From: Candidatus Eiseniibacteriota bacterium
Lineage (GTDB): Bacteria > Eisenbacteria > RBG-16-71-46 > CAIMUX01 > VGJL01
Length of the DNA stretch: 64,000 nt
Assembly (NCBI GenBank): GCA_963792585.1
Contig: CAWBWI010000003.1
Coordinates: 1,120,001-1,184,000, forward strand
Direction of reading: 5' to 3'
Below, one piece after another: positions 22,670 through 30,816 of the stretch. The notes under the pieces are model-generated. The model worked only from the letters and a program-made list of their open reading frames with translations, did not search any database and had not been told where the DNA came from. Every line of letters starts with the position of its first letter. Position 1 is the first letter of the stretch. The position numbers were made by a program, and so were the translations under genes.

Positions 22670-22843
22670 GGGCCTCCTCCCCCCGTCGCCTTCCGGGGTC
22701 CCGTCAGTCTAGCCGGAGCCGGTGCAGCCCGGCCAGGTCTGCGCCCCCTGCGGGCCGCCGAATTGCGATTGGCTGAAAGGTCGGGGAAAACTCCTCCGCC
22801 GGCGGGAGCTGTTTTCCCGGGGCGTGGAGCCGGGGCCGGCGAG

Positions 22844-22884
22844 TGCGTTTCGCAGTGGGGGGAGAGGAAACGTTGCGTTTCGCA
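22844..22884. promoter_or_regulatory. Two identical palindromic TGCG-TTT-CGCA sites, putative enhancer-binding-protein sites
   Basis: TGCGTTTCGCA at 22844-22854 and 22874-22884, 30 bp apart and about 100-140 bp upstream of a sigma54 motif. Confidence 0.5.
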
Positions 22885-22983
22885 GGCAGGTCGGGAAACC
22901 CTGCGCGCGGGCCGAACGCCTGTCGGGTCCGGGAAACCGCTGGAATCCGGTGGCGCGCACGAATCCGATCCTGAGCATCTCGG

Positions 22984-22999
22984 TGGCATGGACGTTGCA
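22984..22999 (+). promoter_or_regulatory. sigma54 (-24/-12) promoter
   Basis: TGGCAT-GGACG-TTGCA, exact GG-N10-GC spacing, about 100 nt before the REC-GGDEF start. Confidence 0.7.
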
Positions 23000-23101
23000 C
23001 TGGGATCCGGGCGGGAGCACGAGCACCTGCGTCCTAACAACCAGGAGATCTCCGGCCGATATATGCCGGAGACCAGTGGGGCACACAACGGAGCGGAATG
23101 A

Positions 23102-24034
23102 ATGAGCCACGAGAAGATCCTCGTCGTCGAAGACGACGCATCCGTGCGGAAGATACTCACCTTCCAGCTCATGAAGGAAGGGTACGCCGTCAACACGGCG
23201 GAGGACGGCCTCGATGGCCTCGAGAAGGCGAACAGTGATCCTCCCGACCTCGTCCTGCTCGACCTCATGATGCCGAAGATGGACGGGGCCGAAGTCTGCC
23301 GTCGCCTGAAGGGGAATTTCCTCACGAGCCAGATTCCGGTAATCATGCTGACGGCGCGGGGGGAGATGGATGACAAGCTCACCGGTCTGAGCATCGGCGC
23401 GAACGACTACCTGACGAAGCCGTACACCCCCAGCGAGTTGATCGTGCGCGTGCGGAACATCCTCCACTTCAGCAGGCTGCAGCGCCAGGCGAGCCCGCTC
23501 ACGGGGCTGCCCGGGAACGCCTCGATCGATGCCGAGACGGAACGCAGACTCGAATCCGGCGGGCACTTCGCGCTTCTCTATGTGGACATCGACAATTTCA
23601 AGGCCTACAACGACTACTACAGCTTCGAGAAGGGGGACGAGGCGATCAAGCTGACCTCCTCCATCATCCTTCGCGCGGTGGGTCGTTTCGGGGGGAAGGA
23701 CGACTTCGTGGGGCACGTAGGAGGCGACGACTTCGTCGTCTTCTCGACCCCGGACGATGGGCACAAGCTCGCCGAGGAGATCGTCCGGGACTTCGACGCG
23801 CAGATACCGGCCCTCTACAACGAGGAAGATCGCGCGCGCGGCTACATCGAGGTCGTGAACCGCCAGAACGAGATCACTCGATACCCGATGATGACCATCA
23901 CCGTTGCCGGCGTGACGAACGTCGACAGGAAGATTACACACGTCGGCCAGCTCTCCGGCCTTGCCGCGGAAGTCAAACGTTTCGGCAAGCAAATGCCGGG
24001 GAGCATCGCAGTCTGGGAGCGACGCAACGACTGA
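23102..24034 (+). CDS. Response regulator receiver plus GGDEF (GGDDF variant) diguanylate cyclase
   Basis: VVEDD..LLDLMMP..KP receiver; SPLTGLPGN, DIDNFKAYND, GHVGGDDF. Confidence 0.9.
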   Translation: MSHEKILVVEDDASVRKILTFQLMKEGYAVNTAEDGLDGLEKANSDPPDLVLLDLMMPKMDGAEVCRRLKGNFLTSQIPVIMLTARGEMDDKLTGLSIGANDYLTKPYTPSELIVRVRNILHFSRLQRQASPLTGLPGNASIDAETERRLESGGHFALLYVDIDNFKAYNDYYSFEKGDEAIKLTSSIILRAVGRFGGKDDFVGHVGGDDFVVFSTPDDGHKLAEEIVRDFDAQIPALYNEEDRARGYIEVVNRQNEITRYPMMTITVAGVTNVDRKITHVGQLSGLAAEVKRFGKQMPGSIAVWERRND

Positions 24035-24056
24035 GTCGTCCCGAGGGGAGGCATCC

Positions 24057-24461
24057 GTGGACCGGAAGAGAATCCTGGTCGTTGATGATGAGATCTACAT
24101 CGTCCACATTCTCGAGTTCAGCCTCACGATGGAGGGGTATACCGTCCTGACCGCCTCGGACGGGGAGGAGGCCCTCAAGCTGATCGAGCAGGAGCGACCC
24201 GACCTGGTCGTTCTGGACATCATGATGCCCAAGCTCGACGGCTACGAGGTCTGCCGCCGCCTCCGTCAGGATGATCAGTTCGGTAACCTGCCCGTGATCC
24301 TCCTTTCCGCGAAGGGACGACCTGTCGATCGCGAAGCAGGACTGCAGGCGGGCGCCGACGACTACATTGCGAAGCCGTTCAGCCCGCGGAAGCTCCTCGA
24401 GAAGATCCGCGAACTGCTCGACCGGAGCGAGAACCAGATCGACAAAGTGGTGGGCTTCTAA
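24057..24461 (+). CDS. Single-domain response regulator
   Basis: GTG start after GGAGG; ILVVDDE, VLDIMMP, LSAK, KPF. Confidence 0.9.
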   Translation: MDRKRILVVDDEIYIVHILEFSLTMEGYTVLTASDGEEALKLIEQERPDLVVLDIMMPKLDGYEVCRRLRQDDQFGNLPVILLSAKGRPVDREAGLQAGADDYIAKPFSPRKLLEKIRELLDRSENQIDKVVGF

Positions 24462-24509
24462 GGCCTGTCGGACCCGGTAGACGGATTCCACCGATGACCG
24501 GTCGCCCCG

Positions 24510-24536
24510 GGGGACACCCCGGGGCGTCCCCTTTTT
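24510..24536 (+). terminator. Intrinsic terminator
   Basis: GGGGAC...GTCCCC stem followed by TTTTT, downstream of the regulator pair. Confidence 0.7.
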
Positions 24537-24652
24537 CGGCCCCACAACCGCATCCTACCCCGCGTCCTCTTGTTGCCGAGCAGCCGACATCGTGCTAAAG
24601 CTAAGGGCAGACCTGACCTGCGCATCGCAGGTCCACTCCGAAGGAGGAAGCC

Positions 24653-24751
24653 ATGGGCAAGGAAAAGGACGTCAAGAAAGAGAACAAGAAGAAGCCGAAG
24701 AAGAACCTCATGGAGAAGCGAGCGGAGAAGAAAGCAAAGAAGGGGGAATAG
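24653..24751 (+). CDS. Small Lys-rich basic protein (32 aa), function unknown
   Basis: AAGGAGG RBS, ATG, MGKEKDVKKENKKKPKKNLMEKRAEKKAKKGE, TAG. Below the ORF-track length cutoff. Confidence 0.7.
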   Translation: MGKEKDVKKENKKKPKKNLMEKRAEKKAKKGE

Positions 24752-24797
24752 CCGGACCGACCCCGCTCGAGGGCTGGCGGGGAGGGACGTCCCTGCA

Positions 24798-27113
24798 ATG
24801 ACCCTGGGGTTTCTCCTCCACCCGACCTATCGGATCGAGTCCGGAAAGCCGGCCGTCTATCTCTTCGGGAAGCTCGAAACCGGCGAGACGTTCGCCGTTC
24901 GTGATCGACGCAGCCGGCCCCACTTCTTTCTTCGGGCCGCAGATGGTGCACGCGCGCGTGCTCTTCTGCGGCCCGGCATCGTTTCGGAGGCGACGAATCT
25001 CGTCACCATGGCCGGCGAGCCGGTCGCGCGCCTGGTCGTTCCCACGCCGGCGGACGCGCCGCCCGTGCGCGACAGCCTCCACGCGGCGGGGATTCCCACC
25101 TTCGAGGCGGACATCCCCTTCGCGACCCGCTTCCTGATCGATCACGGGTTGCGCGGCTCGTTCGGCATCGAGGGGGCCTCACGTCCGGGCCGCCTCGTCG
25201 ATCGGATCTACGAGGACCCCGACCTCACGCCGGCGGACTGGGATCCGTCGCTCCGCGTCCTCTCGATCGACATCGAGACCGACGCCTCTGCGCGCCGCGT
25301 CTTCTCGATCGGCCTCTACGGCCCCGGCGTTGCGGAAGTCCACCTCGTCAACCAGGGAACGCGCCCATTGCCGGAAGAGGCGCGCCCGCACGCCGACGAG
25401 CGGAGGCTGCTCCAGGCCTTCGTCGAACGACTCCGCGTGATCGATCCCGACGTGCTGCTCGGATGGAATCTGATCGATTTCGATCTGTCCGTCCTCCAGG
25501 CCCGTTTCCACGAACACGGCCTTCCCTTCCACCTCGGCCGCGCGGAGATGCCGTGCTCGATCCGGGTGGATCGGTCCTTCTGGGGAGCATCGCGCGCCAC
25601 CATCCCCGGCCGTGTCGCGCTCGACGGAGTTGCCCTGCTGCGGGGCGCGTTCATCCGTCTGGCGGACTACCGGCTCGAAACCGCCGCGCGCGAGATCCTC
25701 GGGGAAGGGAAAGTCGTCGCGGGCCACGGCCGCGCGGCTTGGATCGAGCAGGCCTTCCTCGAGGACGTCGAGACGTTCGTTCGCTACAACCTGACCGATG
25801 CGCGGCTCGCCTTCGGCATTGTCGAGAAACTCGGGCTCATCCCGCTCGCCATCCGCCGAAGCCGTTTGACCGGAATGCCCCTCGACCGGGTCGGCGCCTC
25901 GATCGCCTCCTTCGACTTCCTGTACCTCCACGAATTGCGCAAGCGGGGGATTGTCGCGCCGACAGTCGACGCGGAGGCAAACGCGGAACCGACAGTGGGC
26001 GGTTATGTTCTCGATTCCGAGCCCGGCTTGTACCGAAACATACTCGTCTTCGATTTTCGGAGCCTCTACCCGAGTCTGATCCTGACCTTCCACCTCGATC
26101 CCGTCTCGTACGTCGCCTCGCCTCAGGCGGGGGAGGACCTGATCCTCGCCCCCAACGGGGCCCACTTCCGTCGGGAGGGGGGCATTCTCCCGGAACTCCT
26201 CGCGCGGTTCCTGCCGGAACGAGAGGCGGCGAAACTGCGCGGCGACCTCGTCGGATCGCCGGCGACCAAGATCCTGATGAACTCCTTCTACGGAGTCCTC
26301 GGCACGCCGCGATGCCGGTTCCATTCTCCCCCGACCGCCAACGCGATCACCCGCTTCGGGCAGACGATCCTCCTGTGGACCAAGGCCTTCATGGAAGCGC
26401 AGGGGTACCGTGTGCTCTACGGAGACACCGACTCGCTGTTCGTGATGACCGACGCCGGGGCGGCGGAGGACGCGGAGCGACTCGGAAAGGAACTCGCGGA
26501 GCGCGTGAACGGGGCCCTTACCGATCACATCCATTCGACGTGGCGCGTGGAGAGCCAGCTGAAGCTGCAGTTCGACCGTCTTTACGAGCGCTTCTTCCTT
26601 CCCGGACTTCGCCACTCGCGCGAGGGAAGCAAGAAGCGCTATGCCGGCCTCATCCGTCGCGACGGTCAGGAGACGATCGTATTCACGGGGCTCGAATCGG
26701 CCCGGCGCGACTGGACCGAGGTGGCGAAGCGCTTCCAGCGCGAGCTGCTGGAGCGGGTCTTTCACGATCAGCCGGTCGAGGACTTCATCCGCGGCTTCGT
26801 CGCCGCGTTGCGCACGGGGCGCTGGGATCCGCAACTCGTCTACACCAAGGCGCTTCGCAAGTCGCCGGATAGCTACACGAAGACGACGCCGCCCCACGTG
26901 AAGGCGGCGCGACAGATGTCGGACCGCGATGGGCGCCTCATCTCCTACGTCATGACGTCCGCCGGTCCGGAGCCGACCGCCGACGCCAAGAACCCCCCCG
27001 ACTACGAGCATTACGTGGAGAAGCAGATCCGCCCGATCGCGGAGGCGGTCCTTCTGTGCATGGGCTCGAGCTGGGAGCGGGTCTGGTCCGGCCAGGAAGA
27101 TCTGTTTAGCTAA
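24798..27113 (+). CDS. polB: DNA polymerase II (family B)
   Basis: SIDIET exonuclease motif, DFRSLYPS, KILMNSFYG, YGDTDS, KKRY; C-terminal clamp-binding-like QEDLF. ATG at 24798. Confidence 0.95.
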   Translation: MTLGFLLHPTYRIESGKPAVYLFGKLETGETFAVRDRRSRPHFFLRAADGARARALLRPGIVSEATNLVTMAGEPVARLVVPTPADAPPVRDSLHAAGIPTFEADIPFATRFLIDHGLRGSFGIEGASRPGRLVDRIYEDPDLTPADWDPSLRVLSIDIETDASARRVFSIGLYGPGVAEVHLVNQGTRPLPEEARPHADERRLLQAFVERLRVIDPDVLLGWNLIDFDLSVLQARFHEHGLPFHLGRAEMPCSIRVDRSFWGASRATIPGRVALDGVALLRGAFIRLADYRLETAAREILGEGKVVAGHGRAAWIEQAFLEDVETFVRYNLTDARLAFGIVEKLGLIPLAIRRSRLTGMPLDRVGASIASFDFLYLHELRKRGIVAPTVDAEANAEPTVGGYVLDSEPGLYRNILVFDFRSLYPSLILTFHLDPVSYVASPQAGEDLILAPNGAHFRREGGILPELLARFLPEREAAKLRGDLVGSPATKILMNSFYGVLGTPRCRFHSPPTANAITRFGQTILLWTKAFMEAQGYRVLYGDTDSLFVMTDAGAAEDAERLGKELAERVNGALTDHIHSTWRVESQLKLQFDRLYERFFLPGLRHSREGSKKRYAGLIRRDGQETIVFTGLESARRDWTEVAKRFQRELLERVFHDQPVEDFIRGFVAALRTGRWDPQLVYTKALRKSPDSYTKTTPPHVKAARQMSDRDGRLISYVMTSAGPEPTADAKNPPDYEHYVEKQIRPIAEAVLLCMGSSWERVWSGQEDLFS

Positions 27114-27222
27114 TACATAAAACCCGGGGCTAACGTCGCAAATGATGGCCATCGGCGGATTCGATACCCGTAAAGGCGGTGCATTGAGACGATACGCCCC
27201 GGGGTCGCAGGCACCGAAACAC

Positions 27223-27251
27223 TTGATTTGCTAATCTCACCTGCGTATACT
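27223..27251 (+). promoter_or_regulatory. sigma70-type promoter
   Basis: TTGATT-17 nt-TATACT upstream of the Cys-rich protein gene. Confidence 0.6.
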
Positions 27252-27331
27252 GAGCCCTACGAGCGACGGCTGGTCCACACATCAGCCTCCATTCGTCCGC
27301 GTGAAGTAGTCAGCGACTGAGGAGGAGCTGG

Positions 27332-28453
27332 ATGATGCATTGGTATCGTAGGTACTGCCAAAACCGTTTCCGAATCACCGGAGCCCTCCTGCTGGTCGCA
27401 GCATGCGTGGGAGTTCTTGCGTTTGCGTCGACCGCCGGGGCCGATCCGGCGCGGGTTCGGGACGCGGTCTATGGAGATGTTCGGATTCTCCTGTGGAGTG
27501 AGGGCCGCTGGACGCTCAATGGCGGCAACATCCCCGGATGCACTACCTTTGTCGGCGGCACCTCGACGGGTCCCGGCAACATCTATAACGCGGACTCTCT
27601 GGTCTGTGATCCCACGCCGACGGACTGGCACTGGTCGGTGACCCTGCCGAACGGCTCCACGCTGCAGTGGGGGGTCGACAACATGCCGATCGATGTGGAG
27701 GTCTGCGCGCAGATCTTCTACTCCCGCGAGCATCCCTACCTCATCGGGAAGGCCGACGTAGACAACGACATGCTGACGGTCGCCGACGGCATGTTGAACG
27801 ACGTTCTCTACTACGGTCCGCTCAGCACGTTCGATGCCGAGGAGGAGGGGTTCATTCCCACGCAGGGGCGTCGCTGCGGAATCATCCTCCCGCTGCCGGT
27901 GGGCGCCTGCTGCTTCATGGATGGACACTGCGAGATTCTCTACCGGGATGCCTGCGAGGAAGCGGGTGGGACGTACCAGGGCGACAGCGTCGCGTGCGAA
28001 CCGAACAACCCGTGTCCGCAACCGCCGATGGCGTGCTGCTTCCAGGATGGTCATTGCGAGTTCGTGACGGCGGAGCTCTGTGAACGCCTCGGCGGGCAGC
28101 CGCAAGGCTACGGCACCGTCTGTGAGCCGAATGATTGCCCGCAGCCGCCGATGGCCTGCTGCTTCCCCGACTGCCGCTGCGAGATGCTCACCGAGCTCGA
28201 TTGCACCGAGAACGGCGGGGTACCGATGGGGCTTGGCGTGACCTGTGATCCGAATCCATGCGACTGCCCGCCGCCGACCGGCGCCTGTTGCATCGGGGAC
28301 CAGGGGGATTGCCTGATCCTTACGGAGGAGGGCTGCATCCAGCAGGGCGGGCGCTACCAGGGCAATGGGTCCACCTGCGAACCGGTCAATCCGTGCCCGA
28401 TCGTTCCCACGCAGAACACCACCTGGGGCCGTATCAAGAACGCCTATCGATAG
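27332..28453 (+). CDS. Secreted protein with four Cys-rich repeats and a C-terminal TWGxIK motif
   Basis: GGAGG RBS; signal peptide ending ..STAGA; four xACC..C..C..GG..G..C.P.C repeats; ends VPTQNTTWGRIKNAYR. Confidence 0.85.
   Translation: MMHWYRRYCQNRFRITGALLLVAACVGVLAFASTAGADPARVRDAVYGDVRILLWSEGRWTLNGGNIPGCTTFVGGTSTGPGNIYNADSLVCDPTPTDWHWSVTLPNGSTLQWGVDNMPIDVEVCAQIFYSREHPYLIGKADVDNDMLTVADGMLNDVLYYGPLSTFDAEEEGFIPTQGRRCGIILPLPVGACCFMDGHCEILYRDACEEAGGTYQGDSVACEPNNPCPQPPMACCFQDGHCEFVTAELCERLGGQPQGYGTVCEPNDCPQPPMACCFPDCRCEMLTELDCTENGGVPMGLGVTCDPNPCDCPPPTGACCIGDQGDCLILTEEGCIQQGGRYQGNGSTCEPVNPCPIVPTQNTTWGRIKNAYR
27902..28398 (+). repeat. Four tandem ~41-aa coding repeats with a six-Cys core
   Basis: GACCFMDGHC.., MACCFQDGHC.., MACCFPDCRC.., GACCIGDQGDC..; DNA repeat ccgccgatggc(g/c)tgctgcttcc. 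Confidence 0.9.
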
Positions 28454-28485
28454 GGCGATCGCGGTTTCATCAATGTATGAAGATG

Positions 28486-28513
28486 GCCCCGCCGGGTTCG
28501 CACCCGGCGGGGC
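28486..28513. terminator. GC-rich hairpin between convergent genes
   Basis: GCCCCGCCGGGT-TCGC-ACCCGGCGGGGC perfect 12-bp stem. Confidence 0.6.
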
Positions 28514-28525
28514 GTCGTCTTGGGC

Positions 28526-29755
28526 TTAGGCAGCGGCCAGGGCCGCGAATCTCCTGCCCTCTCCGCACCAGCCAAGCGCCGATTCATAGAGTTCGGGTAG
28601 AGCGTGCTCCGGAATCCCAAGCCTGCGCGATCGCTCAGGGATCGCAACCCAGCGGCCGGCCAGGTAGTCCAGGGCCAGGTCGAAGACGTCCCGAAGCGGG
28701 CCGGGTTCGCCGAGAAGGGCCCCCTTCACGTCCGCTTCGATCGGAAGGCTCTCGAGGATCACGTCCTGAGGCACCTCGAGGATCACATCGAGGAGTGAGA
28801 AGAGACCGATCAGGAAGAGATCCGGCGCGCGAGGCGCCAGCCCCACCTCGGGCGCCAGCAACTCGCACGTGCGGCCCCTCAGCAGCGCCTCGGCCAGGAG
28901 TTCGCCCGGCTCCTCGCCGATGATCCCGGTGAGGGCCATCACGGATGCCCACCGTCGGATCTCGCGCGATCCGAGCAGCATGAGGGCATGCTGAACGGAC
29001 GAGACCGAGCCGCGCCAGCCAAACGCCGCCGAGTTGATGTAGCGCAGGAGCTTGTAGGCCAGGGCCACTTCGCGGGAGATGATGTCGCTGAGTTCCGGAA
29101 GGTCGAGATCCGGTTGGTGAATCTGGCCGAGCAACCGGAGGCAGCCTAGCTTCGACGTCGGGATGTCGCGGCCGGTCACGACCGAGGGCCGCGCAAAGAA
29201 GTAGCCCTGGAAGAGGTCGTAACCGAGCGATCTGGTTTCGAAGTAGAGGTCCTTCGTCTCGACCTCTTCCGCCACGACCGCGATCTTGCGCGCGCGCGCT
29301 CGCTCGGCGATCACGATCCGCTCGGTCACACTCGTCTCCGACACGTTCACCTTCACGAGATCCACATAGGAGAGGAGCGATTGCCTGTCGGATCCGAGCC
29401 GGAAGTTGTCGAGGGCAATCCGGTACCCGGCCTGCCTCAGGTGCGTGCAGGCGTCGATGACTTCCCGGTCCGCCTTGACCGAGTCCAGGAGCTGGATGAC
29501 GGTCTGGGATGCCGGGAGGATCTCTCCGTAGCCCCGGACCAGAACCTCCCGCGTGACGTTGACGAAGGCCGGCTTTCCGCAAGCGACCGCATCGAGACGG
29601 GGCAGGAACATGCTGGCCGCAAGAACCTGCGCCGACTCGATGTCCAGCCTGGGGTCCGGGAGCACCTGATCGAGGCAATCGCGTATCAGGAGCTCATATG
29701 CCCGAACGGCGAGCTTGGCGTCGAAAATCGGTTGTCTCGCTATATGAGTGAGCAT
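28526..29755 (-). CDS. EAL-HDOD domain protein (YuxH-like, c-di-GMP related)
   Basis: IARQPIFD..AYELL, FVN, QGYFF; HDOD LAYKLLRYINSAAFG..LFLIGLFSLLD. Confidence 0.9.
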   Translation of the reverse strand: MLTHIARQPIFDAKLAVRAYELLIRDCLDQVLPDPRLDIESAQVLAASMFLPRLDAVACGKPAFVNVTREVLVRGYGEILPASQTVIQLLDSVKADREVIDACTHLRQAGYRIALDNFRLGSDRQSLLSYVDLVKVNVSETSVTERIVIAERARARKIAVVAEEVETKDLYFETRSLGYDLFQGYFFARPSVVTGRDIPTSKLGCLRLLGQIHQPDLDLPELSDIISREVALAYKLLRYINSAAFGWRGSVSSVQHALMLLGSREIRRWASVMALTGIIGEEPGELLAEALLRGRTCELLAPEVGLAPRAPDLFLIGLFSLLDVILEVPQDVILESLPIEADVKGALLGEPGPLRDVFDLALDYLAGRWVAIPERSRRLGIPEHALPELYESALGWCGEGRRFAALAAA

Positions 29756-29976
29756 CGGTTGCTTCGGGACCCCCCCTGGAAGTGTCGGACGGGAGTGCCG
29801 GGAATTGAGGGGGGCAGGAGGTTTCTCGAGGTCCCCGTGCTCGGAAGCTCCCAGCGGGACCGGCCGACCATCCTCCCCCCGGCGTCACCCCCCGGACCGG
29901 CCCGGTCACGATGGTGACCCGGAACCCTGGTTGCGAACGTGGTGTTCACTCATCGCCTGGAGCCGGGGAGGGACCT

Positions 29977-30780
29977 ATGCGCCACAGATCGGGGCGGACC
30001 GCTCTTGCCATCGCCGCCCTGGCGCTCTTGGTCATCGGCGCATCGCCGGCCGATGCCCGCGCGCGCCGTGAATCCAACGCGGAGGTGATCCTCGTCTTCT
30101 TCGGGGCGACGCAGGGGGAGCTGAAAGACTGCGGCTGCCATTCCAGCCCGATGGGCGGGCTGCCCCACCGTGCGAGCTTCATCGACTCTCTCCGGATTCG
30201 GCAGAAGACGCCCATCCTCGTGGACCTGGGCGATTTCATGAGCACGGAAGCGGCGGTTGCCGAGCTGAAGAACCGCTTCATCTGGCGGAGCATGGAAGAG
30301 ATGGGCTACTGCGCGACAACGCCGGGCGTCCGAGAGATCTCGGACTGGGAACGCTACCGCGATCTGAACCAGGGAAGCCCCATCCGATCGATCGCGACCA
30401 ACCTGACCGTCGCCGAGGTTCCTGGGATCGATGTCGCCCTCTACGGCCGGGAACCGAAGTGGGTCGACGTCGCCAGGACGGTCTCGCAGACGATCGTTCA
30501 GCAGACGGGGAACCGAGGAGCCCAGCTGGGCGAGCTGGTTCTGATCGTCGACCCGGCCGGGAGGATCGTTGAGTGGGGATCCCGAAACGATGCCCTCGGC
30601 CCCTCCTACGGAGAAGACCTGGATGTCGCCGCACAGGTCGAGCGGATCGAGAACAAGGCGAAGGAGATGATCACCGCCGATCAGCAGAGGCGGGCGGCGG
30701 GGGCCAATGCTCCCGGGGAGGCGCCGGCCGTTTCCGAGCCGCCGCCTCCCGATCCGATTCGTCCCGTCGGCAGGGAATAG
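29977..30780 (+). CDS. Secreted UshA/5'-nucleotidase-like protein with CGC motif, internally shortened copy
   Basis: Signal peptide; GELKDCGCHSSPMGGL, VDLGDF, ATNL, VPGIDV. Paralog of the next gene. Confidence 0.7.
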   Translation: MRHRSGRTALAIAALALLVIGASPADARARRESNAEVILVFFGATQGELKDCGCHSSPMGGLPHRASFIDSLRIRQKTPILVDLGDFMSTEAAVAELKNRFIWRSMEEMGYCATTPGVREISDWERYRDLNQGSPIRSIATNLTVAEVPGIDVALYGREPKWVDVARTVSQTIVQQTGNRGAQLGELVLIVDPAGRIVEWGSRNDALGPSYGEDLDVAAQVERIENKAKEMITADQQRRAAGANAPGEAPAVSEPPPPDPIRPVGRE

Positions 30781-30816
30781 GCGGTCCCCCGCCACCCTCC
30801 AAACGAGGAGAAACCG

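Noticed and set aside
22670..22840. yybP-ykoY Mn2+ riboswitch expected upstream of terC
   Set aside because: The hallmark GGGGAGUA start and paired downstream elements were not found on the minus strand; only a GACCTT fragment is present.
22890..22960. GGGAAAC-stem elements resembling a c-di-GMP-I riboswitch
   Set aside because: No GNRA loop/receptor or GCAAAGC junction, and the segment lies upstream of the sigma54 promoter.
24798..27113. polB as a phage or mobile-element marker, or an intein host
   Set aside because: Ordinary Pol II length, no intein motifs, and no integrase, transposase or phage genes around it. dnaB and radA also lack inteins.
27113..27330. Lower-GC stretch after polB as a tRNA or integration site
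   Set aside because: No cloverleaf, canonical T-loop or att-like duplication; explained as a promoter region.
27902..28398. Repeats as a CRISPR array or multiheme cytochrome
   Set aside because: They are degenerate in-frame coding repeats with no constant repeat/spacer pattern and no CxxCH motifs.
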